A DNA stretch of 62,901 bases, the filler included, from Perkinsus chesapeaki ATCC PRA-425 (Eukaryota; Protista; Perkinsozoa), in the NCBI GenBank assembly GCA_013115145.1. It is 18 parts of 18 records of this genome, joined end to end, with 100 filler letters (N's around TTAATTAATTAA, not from the genome) between each part and the next. Parts side by side here need not be neighbours in the genome. Positions count along the whole stretch, not along the records: positions 29,869 to 35,130 come from JAAPAO010001176.1; positions 35,231 to 36,293 come from JAAPAO010002234.1; positions 36,394 to 39,297 come from JAAPAO010001496.1; positions 39,398 to 41,193 come from JAAPAO010001781.1; positions 41,294 to 44,216 come from JAAPAO010001492.1; positions 44,317 to 45,884 come from JAAPAO010001890.1; positions 45,985 to 47,595 come from JAAPAO010001868.1; 11 more parts are not named here. The stretch is one strand, 5' to 3'. The notes below the pieces were generated by a model. The model worked only from the letters and a program-made list of their open reading frames with translations, was not told where the DNA came from and made no database searches. A program made the position numbers and the translations under genes. The first letter of the stretch is position 1, and each line of letters begins with the position of its first letter. This document shows, in pieces, positions 34,126-47,419 of the stretch.

Positions 34126-35031
34126 TCATTTCCAGATTAAAGTAGATCCATCGACAACACCTTGGTTGGCTAGCCTATCTGTTTCAGAAAGGGCAACACC
34201 ACCGAACCAAGCTTTGTTATCGCTGAATATGCTTGCGGAGAAGCCTAGCTTGCGAGCGGCACCCTTTACATCCCATAGTGTACCAGTTTCAGGTACGACT
34301 ACAGTATAGACCTTCCCAGCAGCGCGGTCTTGAATCTTAACTTTCATCGTCCGGAGTTTCATCGTCAACTGGAGAATGAATTCTCGGCTGGCATTGTAAT
34401 CCCTCAAAAGCTTATCATCTTTCATCTCCTCTCCATCATGGTAGAGAGAGCGAGAATCCTTGTATCTTTCCTTCTCAAGCTCGAGCCTATCTTTCAAGGT
34501 AGCAACAGTTTCAGAGTTCTCAGCGTAGAGAATGGCTCTGCCAGATGCCCCACCATCAACCTCGACCTTCACGACGTCACCATGTGACAAGAACACTGCG
34601 TAGTGATCTGAGCCACCATGGCCGAAATAATAATCTATGCCACGCTCATCCAGCATCTCCACACCGCAGTGGGTGAGCTTTTGGTATTTCGGCGGAACTC
34701 CAGATTCGCGATCAAGCCGCCCCTTAAGGTCTGCGACTGTAGCAGAAGCGAGCATGTGGTAAACGAAACCTTGTGTTGTTTCCGTCTCCACGAATATCTT
34801 TATGTAGCCCTTCAAACGAAGTTGAGCAGACACGTCTATCCTGGCCTTTACAAACTCAGAGAGAGGGCCGTCACCATCCAGAGCCTTGTCACCGTAGAGA
34901 ACCTCCACTTGTTCCATTGGTAGACCAGTTCGGCATTGAACTTTACCCCTGACTTTCTGAAGTGTATCAGTTGGCTCACAATCAATTGAGATGGTCGAGC
35001 CGGTCATGTCCTGGATGGTGATACGAATCAT
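34126..35031 (-). CDS. Protein of four tandem divergent ubiquitin-like domains (about 301 aa), intronless
   Basis: Four ~75-aa units with beta-grasp patterns (IRITIQDMTGSTISIDCEPTDTLQKVRGKV; TVADLKGRLDRESGVPPKYQKL; TVATLKDRL...DDKLLRDYN; TLWDVKG...LSETDRLANQGVVDGSTL). Confidence 0.85.
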   Translation of the reverse strand: MIRITIQDMTGSTISIDCEPTDTLQKVRGKVQCRTGLPMEQVEVLYGDKALDGDGPLSEFVKARIDVSAQLRLKGYIKIFVETETTQGFVYHMLASATVADLKGRLDRESGVPPKYQKLTHCGVEMLDERGIDYYFGHGGSDHYAVFLSHGDVVKVEVDGGASGRAILYAENSETVATLKDRLELEKERYKDSRSLYHDGEEMKDDKLLRDYNASREFILQLTMKLRTMKVKIQDRAAGKVYTVVVPETGTLWDVKGAARKLGFSASIFSDNKAWFGGVALSETDRLANQGVVDGSTLIWK

Positions 35032-35230
35032 ACCAATAACTCTCAATAACATATCCAAAGAAGATCTCTTCAATACGTTATAATCGGCGAAGGTTCGAGA
35101 ATCTTCGAGTTCCTCCGCGGTGGAAGCGACNNNNNNNNNNNNNNNNNNNNNNNNNNNNNNNNNNNNNNNNNNNNTTAATTAATTAANNNNNNNNNNNNNN
35201 NNNNNNNNNNNNNNNNNNNNNNNNNNNNNN

Positions 35231-36293
35231 CCTAGCCCCTATTATATGGATATCCCATTTCTCTAGAAACGCCCTACCCAACAGCAATAGCGGCCGAGCG
35301 CCTGCGTCGCTGCTGCGCAGAACTATTAGTGTCTCGGTGTTAGCCGCAAGTAGCGAACTACCATCTATGCTTCTGAGCCTAAGCTCGGCTTCAACCTTCC
35401 CTAATATATCTGCCCGCGACCCGTTTGCTAATGTGACCAACACTGACACCCGTTTCAGCTCGAAACTGCTCGAATCTGCTGTATTAAGCACTAAGTAGTT
35501 CTGACCTGCTCCACTATCAGCTACAGAGCGTACTTGTAGCATCTGCAATCTCCGACTTCTCGTCGGTAAAACTAACTCCGCTATAAACTCTAGCGGTGGA
35601 GGTGACTTCTCCAGTGGTGCCTTGCCAAAGACACGGAAAAGGCGGCAGGACGCCGGTAAGTAAAAGCAACTGGTTTGCTCCTTTACAGAGCCAAAATCAC
35701 CTTCTTTCGAAGGATCAGCCGACAACAAATTATAATCATGACCAGGTTGTTCAAGACATAGATCCGGTCGGCCATACTCATCACCATGGTCTCGCGGATC
35801 TTCAACTTCCAAGTATACAGGGGATATTAGTTTTTTCTCGACTTATCGTACTCTCTCCATTTATACTGCTTATCAGCGGCAACAGCTTGATTAGCCCAGT
35901 CTTCTCCTTTGGCTCGGTTAAAAAATCCCAGCAGGTAGTAGGTCCGACCCATCTTATCGACCTGACTCAGCGAGCCATCCGCCCCGAAGTCATGGGACAC
36001 ACGGTTAGGCTTATAGTCCCATGGAGCCGTGACAAAAATACAGAGACCGTACTTTTGCGCAAAGCGCGCTCTCTCTTCATTTCTCTCGCTGGCCAGCTTT
36101 GTTTTTGACTCACCGGGGCGCTGCTTCTCTTTGGCGCGCTCCTTCTCCATCTCATCAATAACTCTTTGGACCTCGTCGGTGTCATCATCTCCACCTCTCT
36201 CCCCTGGGGGGAACTCCCCATACTGCTGTCCGGCGCTCACTGCCCTCAACGTCTCCCCCTTCCTCTCCTTACTCGAAGAGAGTAGAGGTCTCT
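35231..36293 (-). mobile_element. LTR-retrotransposon gag end and aspartic protease, frameshifted
   Basis: Retropepsin motifs VADSGA, VTLANGS and LLLGRAFL; degenerate knuckle-like CLEQPGH upstream. Confidence 0.8.
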
Positions 36294-36393
36294 NNNNNNN
36301 NNNNNNNNNNNNNNNNNNNNNNNNNNNNNNNNNNNNNTTAATTAATTAANNNNNNNNNNNNNNNNNNNNNNNNNNNNNNNNNNNNNNNNNNNN

Positions 36394-38120
36394 CGGTGGC
36401 GCTGCAATGCCCAATGACAATGTGCATGTCCATGTTCAATACATCAGTGTATGTACAGTGAACATAAAAACACGGTATGCTCTTGTGATCAAAAGGAATC
36501 GCCTGAAAACGATGCGAAACTACAGGAATAGTTTCATAATTTCGGGCACTTGATACAGGATCAATATTTTCCCTACATGAGCAGTTGCTGATGTATTTCT
36601 TAACCTCCACGAGACATCCAGGCCACCAACACCATCTCAATAGTTCACTTTGGTGAGCAGATACTCCTACATGAGCAGAACCATGAGTTTCTTGTAGAGC
36701 ATCCTAACGAAAAGTTGTTTCACTCGAATCTTTTGGTAATAACAAAACTACCAGGCGTGGTTGCTGACATTTATGTCGTCCGAAGATAGCGTTCTTGACG
36801 ATGGTAATACATATAGTAGTGCTTGGCCCCCATCCATGGCTGTAGTCTTTGTACTGGGATGCTGTACAGGCCACATGCTATGGTAGAGCCATGATCTAAT
36901 CTTCCTCTCTGCAATCTTAGGAAGATCAAGTGAGGAGTGATCTAGAGTGATCTTACTCAGCTTGTCCTTATCGATTACTTTCATGATATCCATTATCTGG
37001 ATGCCTTGGTAAGTCGTCTCATCCGACCGTTGGAATAAAGCCAAGGTGGCAACCTGGTCACAATTCGGAGGTAAATGGCTTACTCTGAAAGAGTCAGGGA
37101 AGGGACTACTCCCAGGAGCAGTAAGGGCATAGCCAATAGCAATAGATGGCTTTATCAGCCGCTCGGCTTGTCGATCTAGTTGATCACGGAACCGTGATAA
37201 GATATCTGGTAGAGCATTAAGTACTCCACTCACATGGCGGTACAAGTCCAGCATGCCGTGTCTCCTCAAGCTCTTGAATCCATGATAAGAATCGTCGGGC
37301 TTTAATATTAGATAGGGGATCATCTGATACAGTATAACTGTCATGGGTCATGCTGTCACTCATCAAGACTACATTTATAATATTCTTCAGTTTTTCTCTA
37401 GCAGTTGTCAGCCATAACTTTCCCTATCTCCTCCAGCATAAAACTAAAGATAAGGTTTATTGTTCAAAAGTATGCAGGCGCCTCTCACTACTGGAGAATC
37501 CAGGGCTCATCACTGACACCAAGGAAGATACATTAGCGTCCTGGATAACCTCAGTAGTGATATTAGCAGCCGGAACAGAAGGGTCAATATAAAATAGGCA
37601 AGCCCCACAACCAACATTACTTGCATCTGTAAGACAAGCCCATGTACCAATTAGCAGATACTGGAACGAGAACGGTTTGAGTTCTAGATTGTCCAGATAC
37701 TCATGAAGATTAGACACACTCGTCTCAGCCTCGTCAGTCCACACAAATCTCTTTCCAGTAGATGCAATCAGAGCATGTAAAGCTGCTAAGGAAACAGAAA
37801 ATTGACTTTGCTCAGTCGGAGGGAAACGGAAAGCAGTCGAAGAATACAATATAACTCATACCAGCTTTCTCACTTCAGACACAGATTGAGGTTTAATGTC
37901 GAGGATCTTCTTCAACTTCATCAGAGATGCATCACTCAGACTGTAGTGATCATGATGAAAATGCAAACCTACGCATTCAGCGCTATCAGCAGCTGGTTGA
38001 GATTTTGTAGACACCGCCTGAGCATTCGCAGAGGTACTCTTATAACTTTTTCTCGCTTCTGAGCTCGTTCTAGGCTGTTGGCGTGGATAAATATGTCGTC
38101 AAGCCATGTCGATTCTGTGC
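36394..38120 (-). mobile_element. Degenerate Ty3/gypsy-type pol (RT, RNase H, start of integrase)
   Basis: WLDDIFI (about 38085-38106), FVWTDEAE, CLTDASNVGCGACL, HVSGVLNALPDILSR, then a Cys-containing integrase start; several shifts. Confidence 0.8.
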
Positions 38121-38289
38121 TCAAAAGAGGTCTCTTGTAGCTGCTTACAGCGAAGACTGTCTGCGGTTTAGCAACGCCTTCGAAATTCGATCAAAGATAG
38201 AAAAGATAATTCTTAGATTATTAAATTCGATAAATTTCGATAAATTTTCTTCGATAAATTCGATTAGATAATTCTTCCTTTTCGAAGAA

Positions 38290-38931
38290 AAGGATTAAAG
38301 ATAATCACTCCTCGCGACTCGGCATCTGCCAGACGAGCTCGGGCCTTGGCTTGTTGAGCAGGCAGTAGATCATCCAAGCAAGCCCTCGCTGATCCATCGA
38401 TTCTCGTCTGACTACCCGTAACGTATGTAGCTAAAAACCCTCTGAGTTCATGTACATACCATCGTCTCCGACAATGGAGGTACATCTCTTTAGGTCTAGG
38501 AAGACCCTAAGGCGGGCAAAGATGAATTCAGCCGAATTGCTAATCGAGCATGTTGTCGATATTTTCCGTTGATTCAGTAGAATCTCGAAAGGACATTGAC
38601 CGGCATGGAGCTCACCCAAGTCGTCAAGCATTGTGGACCACGATAGCTCCCAGTGACGCATAGCCTCTACTCCGAAGTTTTGTCGAGGTTCGAGTAAAAC
38701 CAGTGACATGTACAGAGAAAACATATTGATACCAGCACATTTTAGCATGAAGTCGAGGCGCTCCTTGCAGCTTGTACAGTAGGCCTTCTCGTCTCCTTCC
38801 GATAGCGCAGGAGCTTTGTCAACTCTCTGCTTAGCGTGGAAGTGACACCGCTGAGGAGTTATGTGAGGTATGACGCTTCTCGTACCATTAACTATTGCTG
38901 GGGCTGAGCCGCTGGCAAGCCGAATCGGCAA
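38290..38931 (-). mobile_element. Possible MULE/Mutator-like transposase fragment
   Basis: QRCHFHAKQ resembles the MULE CxxH motif; TCSISNSAEFIFARLR resembles the TNNxxEsxnxxlK catalytic-Glu region. Confidence 0.45.
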
Positions 38932-39397
38932 ATTGGGTGATCCATAGAAAGTAGAACCTTGCTACGCTCTTCATATGCAGAGTCTAGCTTTTCTTGAGAG
39001 GTACGCCCGCAGCGGAGCCCGGCCACTCGCGAGACATGGTTCGGATCAGCCATGCTTATTCGTCCCAAAGATAAGAATTAAATCTTCAAGATCTTTGTTA
39101 TCTTTAACCCGCGTATAAAATTTTGACGAGAAGCCTCACGGGTATCACAGGGTAGACATTTACCTTTATCGGGAGTAAAATGCGGTTGTTACTGGTTGGT
39201 TCTTGCATGACGATATTATTGGAGCACCTGATTATTGGATTGATATTATTGGATGATATTATAGGCACTCGCAGAAGACCACTTTGTCTATCGTGTCNNN
39301 NNNNNNNNNNNNNNNNNNNNNNNNNNNNNNNNNNNNNNNNNTTAATTAATTAANNNNNNNNNNNNNNNNNNNNNNNNNNNNNNNNNNNNNNNNNNNN

Positions 39398-40366
39398 TGC
39401 CGTGCCGGTGCTGCTGCTTCTAACATGCCTCTTTACCAGTATATCGCCAAGCTTGCTGGTAAGGATACTGGGAAGTTCATGATGCCTTGCCCTTGCTTCA
39501 ACGTTATCAATGGCGGTAAGCACGCTGGTAACCGTCTCGCTTGCCAGGAGTTCATGCTCGTCCCCTGCGGTGCCACTTCCATTCATGAGGCCATCAGGAT
39601 CGCCTCTGAGGTCTATCATGAGCTCAAGTCCGTGATCAAGGCCAAGTATGGTCAGGACGCCACCAACGTCGGTGATGAGGGTGGATTTGCCCCCAACATC
39701 CAGGATATGGATGAGGCTCTCACCGTCCTCGAGGAGGCCATTAAGAAATCTGGTCATGAGGATACCTGCCGTATTGGTTGCGATTTCGCCGCCTCCGAGC
39801 TTTATGATGCCAAGACCGGTAAGTACGATCTTGACTTCAAGAACCCCGAGCCCCATGCTGAGGCCGAGAAGACTGGTGATGAGATGATCACCTATATGGA
39901 GGGTCTTATCCAAAAGTATCCCTTCGTCTTTATCGAGGATCCCTTCGATGAGAATGACTGGTCTACTTTCGCCAAGTTCACTGGCAAGGATGGTAAGGAG
40001 ATCCAGATCGTCGGTGATGATCTTCTCGTCACCAACCCCAAGCGTATCCAGAAGGGTATTGAAGATAAGGCCGTTAACGCTCTCCTTCTTAAGGTTAACC
40101 AGATTGGTTCCGTTACCGAGTCTATTGAGGCCAACAACATGGCTGTCAACGCCGGCTGGACCGTTATGGTTTCTCATCGTTCTGGTGAGACTGAGGATAC
40201 CTTCATCGCTGATCTCGTTGTTGGTCTTGGTACTTGCCAGATCAAGACTGGTGCTCCTTGCCGTACTGAGCGTCTTTGCAAGTACAACCAGCTCATGCGC
40301 ATTGAGGAGGAGCTCGGTGATAAGGCCGCTTACGCCGCTGGACGTAACTTCCCTCGTTGCCAGTAA
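39398..40366 (+). CDS. ENO: Enolase, 5' truncated
   Basis: [92 protein letters not shown]. Confidence 0.99.
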   Translation, partial: CRAGAAASNMPLYQYIAKLAGKDTGKFMMPCPCFNVINGGKHAGNRLACQEFMLVPCGATSIHEAIRIASEVYHELKSVIKAKYGQDATNVGDEGGFAPNIQDMDEALTVLEEAIKKSGHEDTCRIGCDFAASELYDAKTGKYDLDFKNPEPHAEAEKTGDEMITYMEGLIQKYPFVFIEDPFDENDWSTFAKFTGKDGKEIQIVGDDLLVTNPKRIQKGIEDKAVNALLLKVNQIGSVTESIEANNMAVNAGWTVMVSHRSGETEDTFIADLVVGLGTCQIKTGAPCRTERLCKYNQLMRIEEELGDKAAYAAGRNFPRCQ

Positions 40367-41293
40367 ATCACCACAACAACACCCAATGGCCGTTGTTAGT
40401 TGGTGATGATGATTGTGATGATTATCTTTGAGATGCTCTTATGGTAGACGCTGCTTTATTCAGCTGCATAATACCTTTCCCTTCTCGATTATTCTCCATA
40501 ATTTACAACACCAGCAGTGAATTTCGTGTCAAAACGGAAATTACAATAATCGACTTGTGTTGTTACTAATTGGGCGTGGGCAATCAACTTTAATATAATC
40601 AAAGTCTTAACTTTGTCCAAGGAATTTGGTTAGGATTAGCCGCGACAGAGTTGTTCTGTACAAAAGACAGTAGCACGTATTGCGATAGTGATTGAAACCA
40701 TGAAATTGATGCGCAAACCCAAAACGCACTCCAAAAGTTTAGCAAGAAGTGGCTTCGGTTTGGGTATTCCTGTCAAAGCAGCAAGTGACCCAATCGAGGT
40801 TAGGGGCGTTAGTGCCCCAAGTCCTTTAACCCGATGCATTTAGTTAGTAGGGTGACAACGACACCCGACAGCTGTATTCGGTAATGATGGTAGTTCGCTG
40901 ATGGATTAAAGTTTTGTAAAGGTTATCGAGAGTGCGTTTATGACACGATGAGCACGCAAAAGCGAAGATACTCGTCGGATAAAACCGATGGCCGTTTCTT
41001 AGCGATTATTAGAGGTTTTTTGTCGCTGGACCATGTCATTTGAGTAATACTCACAGCAAACCACTTTGCTTCTTCCTTAAGGCTTCTTTCAGCTCTTCTC
41101 ACGCACATTCTAAATGCTTGGCATTCGCAGCATCGTCGCCTTCTCTGCCGTCCACACAGTCATCTCCTCCATCAACCCACGTCCTGTCAGCATNNNNNNN
41201 NNNNNNNNNNNNNNNNNNNNNNNNNNNNNNNNNNNNNTTAATTAATTAANNNNNNNNNNNNNNNNNNNNNNNNNNNNNNNNNNNNNNNNNNNN

Positions 41294-44216
41294 GGTATTA
41301 AATATATTATAAATTTATATATAAATTATATGCTATTCCTTATCTATATAAATATAGATATAATATATATTAATAGGCCCTGTACTCATTATTTATATTA
41401 TATAACAGGGCCTGGCAAATGGCTATATTAATATTCCTATGGCTATTATCCATAATATGATATAATAATAAGCTAATCAATAGATAATATATAGTATTTT
41501 ATAACAAATATAATATTATATTATACAGTAGATATATAAATATTAGTTATAAACACATATAATTTATTATAAACTATTATAATTTATTAATATATAACCT
41601 AATATTTATACCTGATATATAATTATACTAGATTAACTATATATATTTACTAATAATTATCCTTTATTTATTACAGGTAGTATTATATTATTACATGGAA
41701 TTACCTATAAATCTATAATAAAGGTTATATAATTAATATTGATATTAATAATGCCTGTGTTAATGCTGTGTCAAATATATTATAATAATATCAATAGAAT
41801 ACACAGCATAATATCTAATTAATTAATACACAGGCATATAGATTATTAATAATATGATGTGCTGTATACCCTGCTAATATATAATAATTAATAGTAAAGC
41901 AGGGTAATATATAAATAATAACAGCACATCTAAATATTTAATATATGTAGTTCTGGTTTATTAATAATATAATATATACAATATGGGGTGCTTTATCTAT
42001 TCTTTATATTATTATAATAAATGATATTATTAGATAATTATATATAAATATATCTATACCTATATTATGATATTAATAATAGTAATGATAAATATACAAT
42101 ATATAGAGTATATTATAAATATATAAGTATTAGATATAAGGAATATTAAATAACAACATATAAATTACATATATTATAATATATAGATTAAAGCATTAGT
42201 TAATAAATATATTATTAGAATATAAATTATAGTGAATATAATATAAATCAGATCTATAAGGATATTAATAATTTATAATAATCTATATATTATATCAATA
42301 TGGGTATTATTATATAATTAAATAAACTATTAGTTAAATATATATAAAAATATAGAGTTATAACACTATAAATTATCAGTAAATATATACTTATTATCAA
42401 TAGAGATATATATACAATACATTATTAATTAAATCTATAATATATATTATTTATACTTATAATATTAATAATGTATACTAATTTATATTTATATTTTATC
42501 TCATAGAGGTATAAATAACATATAAGTCTAATGAGGTTATACTATATATATAAGATATAATCAGATTTATAAACCCTATATATCTACTACTAATAATATA
42601 ATATATTAATTAATATATACTAGTAATATAACTAATAATACTATATTTAAAGATAATATACTGTATATATATATAAATAATAGCAATAATAATATATAAA
42701 TCTATATCCTTATATATAATAATATTAATATGATGCCTATACATATAATTATCACTGGATATTAATAGTTAAATATAGATAAATACAGTATTACCAGCCC
42801 ATATATCTATATATTATAATTATTAAGGGGCTGGTTATATATAATAAATATATATATATCAATATAAAGTAATCTATTTATAATAATATATTACTAGTGC
42901 CCATACCATATATAATTATTATAAAATATAGGTAGATAGAAATATATTATAAATGGGCACAGTGCATGGGCTATTAATATATAATTTATATTTAGATCTT
43001 GTAATATTATTATATATCTTTATCTGTGTTATTGTATATATTAAATATAAGTAAATTATATAAGTATTGGTATATATTATTAATATCAGGTTATCTATAT
43101 AAATTATCATATAATATTAAATATAAATACTTATAAATAATCCTTAATATTATTAAACTATTAATATAGTTTATATATATATTTTATAATATACAAATAA
43201 TATCTATAAATAATGTAAACCTATTATTATAATTAATGATCTTTATTATAAATATTATATATATAAGTATATTAAATATCACCATTAATTATCTATGCCC
43301 AGCACTGTATTATTTATATATATATTTATATAGCTGGGCATTATATTATTAAATATATTAGTAATATAAATATATGTTAATATCTAATAAATGATATATG
43401 GTACTGTATTATAAATATTAATAATATTATATATAATATAAACTAATAACTAATAGTATACAGATGTATAGATATATTATAATGAATATTTATAAACTAA
43501 TAATAATATAAGTATATATAATAATATTACCATTTATTAATATATTCATCTCACTATTAAATATAATATAATATCTATAGAATTATCAATAATATGTATA
43601 TATATAATATCTACTATAATTTAAATATAATAGTTATGAGTTTATAATATATACCAATAATAAATTATATATATAATTAACTAAAGATAAGGTAATCTAA
43701 TCATTATATTATATATTATTAATGACTGGGTAATAGCTATTTATATATATATAAATACAGGATATCTATAGTTTATATTATAAATATTGATATTATACAT
43801 AAGGCATAGTGTTTATATTAATATATAATGATATCTATAGTATAATGTATATTATATCTAGTTTTAATATATTATAAACAGGTAATTATTACTATAAATA
43901 TATATTTATATAAATTAATAATATATACAAGATTATAACTATTATCTTATAGCATATAGAATTATATATATTTATGATATCTAATAAACACAGGTTAATA
44001 TATAATTATCTATTCTATTAATAATATGATATCAATATATTATAGATCTAAATATAGCTAGATAAATATATGGTATTAATATGAACTAATCCCTATTATT
44101 AATATATAGTAATTATAGATATATTTAATACAGTATTAATTTAATAATATATTCTTATAAGTATAAATAGATATAGTATATTATATGATAATTATTACCT
44201 GTGATATAGATATTCT
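41294..44216. other. Extremely AT-rich contig with GC-rich inverted repeats; probably mitochondrial DNA or a nuclear copy of it
   Basis: A+T well above 80% by eye, no credible ORF, many paired GC-rich stems. Organellar origin is inferred from composition only. Confidence 0.6.
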
Positions 44217-45289
44217 NNNNNNNNNNNNNNNNNNNNNNNNNNNNNNNNNNNNNNNNNNNNTTAATTAATTAANNNNNNNNNNNNNNNNNNNNNNNNNNNN
44301 NNNNNNNNNNNNNNNNAAACTCGAATTCCCCAAACTCGCTGCCATCTGCGCTCATCACATCTGGAGAAGTAAGTTTGCAGGCCGAAGTATCGCATGGAAT
44401 TTACTGTGCGCCGAAGGTATGCTTTTGAAAACATAGGTTTGAAAGAATTCGGAAAGATGCGCTGTCTCCGCGTCTGGACCTGTTTGGTCTCCTTCCGAAT
44501 TGAGTAGTTGCGCATTGCAACGAGGCACGACTGTCAGCTACTGGTTCCTGGCATTCAAACGTCAAGCTTGTTCGTACAGTGTCGACGATGTCAGTGTTGG
44601 CGGTTCGATTTGAGCTTACGCATGTCCTAGTGAAACCCTGTTCCCAGCGGAGTCCGGAAACTGGTGACCGGAGCAAAGCTCCCTTCCCATATACCGGACA
44701 GGGGCCCCATGAAGTGGGTATGTCCGGACTCACTATCGACTAGCACCGTTATCCGCTGCTGCACTGTGGTGTTTTTCAAATAGAAATTGACCAGCCGCTA
44801 CCTTGACAAGGTCCAGATGGGATGAAATGGCGTCCTCGGAGGCTCTCGGAATTGACGTGTGCACCCCGAGTACATCCCATATCATTGACTGGACCCAGAG
44901 CTGCTATTCGAAATTTACACCCCGCGGTCTACTCGCAGGCTTTCTTGAGGTGGGAATACCCAAAGTAGTGTTCACAGTTAACATGAGTATTTCGAAGATA
45001 ATAGTAAAAGGGGTCCTGATACTCTTGCTGTCCCGGCAGTGCCCGTGTCATATTTCTCGCCTAGCGATTTCCTGCGATGTAAGTTTGGACCGAAACTGGA
45101 AGCGGTCTTGCTGGAAAGGCGAAAATTTTCGGTTGACCTATTCAATGTAGCACATTTCAATATTTTCTGAGAGATCATGTCACTGACATTTACCCGGAGC
45201 CAGATGATAGTACTGGAGACCCATATGCTGATACACTCCCAAGCTTAGTCGGTATGCACCTGAGTGTACTATATGATGTTATTGTCCCG

Positions 45290-45884
45290 AATCGCAAAGA
45301 GGGCCTCACTTCTTCCAGCTCTTCGTAAAGGCGCATCCTATCAGCCACGACATCTTCCCTCTCATGGCCGTCGACGTAGAGAGTATTCTTGACCGAATGA
45401 ACAGAAAACCCAAGCGTATGTAACCACCGTAAGACCGTACGACTTGATCACTTGTCCTCACCGTTCAGCTGCAAGTCCAAATTAACCCAATCAGCGAGGG
45501 CGTCGGCCGTCAGATTGGGTTGACCAGCCTGCCCTAGAGAATTGTTTTTCACGTAATCTCTGAACCTCTCTCGGAAACTGGCGTATTCTGCGTCATACAA
45601 AGGACTTCGAACCTTGGAATGCTTCCCTCGGCGACCTTCCTCCAAGAAGTGATGCGCCTCGTACTCGATACACCATCGATGGACCGAGGAAGACTTGAGA
45701 TCGAGCATGTCGGTTACAAAATCTTCAACGTTTTCTCGAGACTCCCACCCCCAGTAACTATAGTACTGGGTCAATGACAAGTAGACGGCCAGCCTCTTCT
45801 TCAAGTTTAGAGACATCTCGTCAAGAGGACTATTGGCTCGCAAGCTCTCCAATACGCTGTTAGCTTCCTCATCACGTTCGGCCT
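45290..45884 (-). mobile_element. Transposase N-terminal fragment (HTH plus YVDGHER motif), Tc1/IS630-like, frameshifted
   Basis: SVHRWCIEY...GRRGKH, then after a shift near 45448 TVLRWLHTLGF...LYVDGHEREDVVADR; no DDE core recognised downstream. Confidence 0.55.
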
Positions 45885-46984
45885 NNNNNNNNNNNNNNNN
45901 NNNNNNNNNNNNNNNNNNNNNNNNNNNNTTAATTAATTAANNNNNNNNNNNNNNNNNNNNNNNNNNNNNNNNNNNNNNNNNNNNGGCCTCAGCTTGAAGT
46001 TGAGCCCCACCAAGAGCTCTGTGCGCTCTTCGCGCTGGACGGCGCCCAGTGGCCGCAAGACCAGCGTTGTCAGAGCTCTACTTGCTCAATTGGGTTGTGC
46101 AAGTGCGGAAGTGCAAAAACATCTGTACAACTCCTATCCGGCACTCTCCTCTGTGTATGCGAGTTTATAGTCATCTCAGAGAGAGATGATCTCAGATCAT
46201 CTCTCCCCTTGTTAGTAGAATGCCTTAAGTTTACTGTGTAGTTAAGTTTACTGTGTTGTCTACTTCTCAGTGGCGCAAGCTTAGTGCATGCGTACACATG
46301 CGCATACGTACACCTTGTTCATTTACTGAGAAGCGGAATGAGCTTGCGAATGTAGCGGCTGTGAAATCTCCTGTGATTAAGGGAGTACCGCACGCACACC
46401 CCAAATAATTTCAGACACAATACACGAAACAAAGATATTGGATTTGCACTACATTGAAGCACCATCCATAGGGGCATCTACTAACTGAAGATTCATAGCA
46501 AATACGACGCGTTGGTCGGGTACGGCTCGTTGTCGAGCTGAGCCTGGTTCGACCATAAGGTCACCAAATAGTGAGTCACTATATGGTGACCTTTGGTCAC
46601 TATTAGTGACAGGTAGCTCTTGAACGGCTCTGCATTGAGCCGAGAAGGACTTGCCTCCTGTGCGATGGGAATCGATACCAAAATCGATGTTTTATGGCTC
46701 AAAAAGAGAGCAATTGGCGAGAACCGGTACGGATCTGCGTATGATCTGAGCTGGTCGCCAGACATCGTACAGGATGTGGCGAAGCCTGCCACTAGACGCA
46801 GATTGCGTCATACAATCACCAGAGTGATTGAAATGTTAAACTCTCGAACAAAAGAGTGCTGACATCTGCCAAGAGACCGTCTCGCACTGTTTGAGATGGG
46901 CATTTAAAAAGTTGTAGTAATGCTAGTATAGCAGGATGGCCATGACGGTCTAACCTGAGTAATGATAACCTTAACCAGCGCCCA

Positions 46985-47031
46985 TCACGTGCGTGGATTT
47001 GCCCTACCGTGGGGCAAATCCACGCACGTGA
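46985..47031. repeat. Perfect 20-bp inverted repeat with 7-nt loop
   Basis: TCACGTGCGTGGATTTGCCC (46985-47004) / GGGCAAATCCACGCACGTGA (47012-47031). Confidence 0.95.
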
Positions 47032-47419
47032 GATTTGCTGCGACTCGCAGTACCGAAACGCCCCTCTATTGGTTGCCCGGTGTGGCTGGTCTTCAAGCTG
47101 CGCCAGTATGAGCCGAGCCTCACTGCTTGGCCCTGATCACTGTCCCCCAAGACTCTCTGATCAAGAGGTTGACGGCCAAGCGCCGGCTTGGGTTCGGGAC
47201 AAAAACAAATGATGATGTCGATTGAGGTGCACCTAGTGACGTTCAATCCGGTGGCGCGATGAAACGAAGCGCAATGCAGCTTCTTCATTACGGTTCTGCG
47301 GCTTCAATCGCGAGGGTGGCACGAACCTCTTGTCGAGGAGCCACCATCCCGGTTTTCTGTGGGATGAGTACCCATATACCTCCAGTTCTCTAATGACAAC
47401 TCAGGGCATACCACTGCAG

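Noticed and set aside
39350-40406. Overlapping 275-aa minus-strand and 152-aa plus-strand ORFs
   Set aside because: Shadows of strong enolase codon bias.
41960-42040. ATATGGGGTGCT as the cob WGA motif; ORF at 42919-43110
   Set aside because: Surrounding residues do not fit cob, stops follow quickly, and I found no cox1, cox3 or cob signature in the contig.
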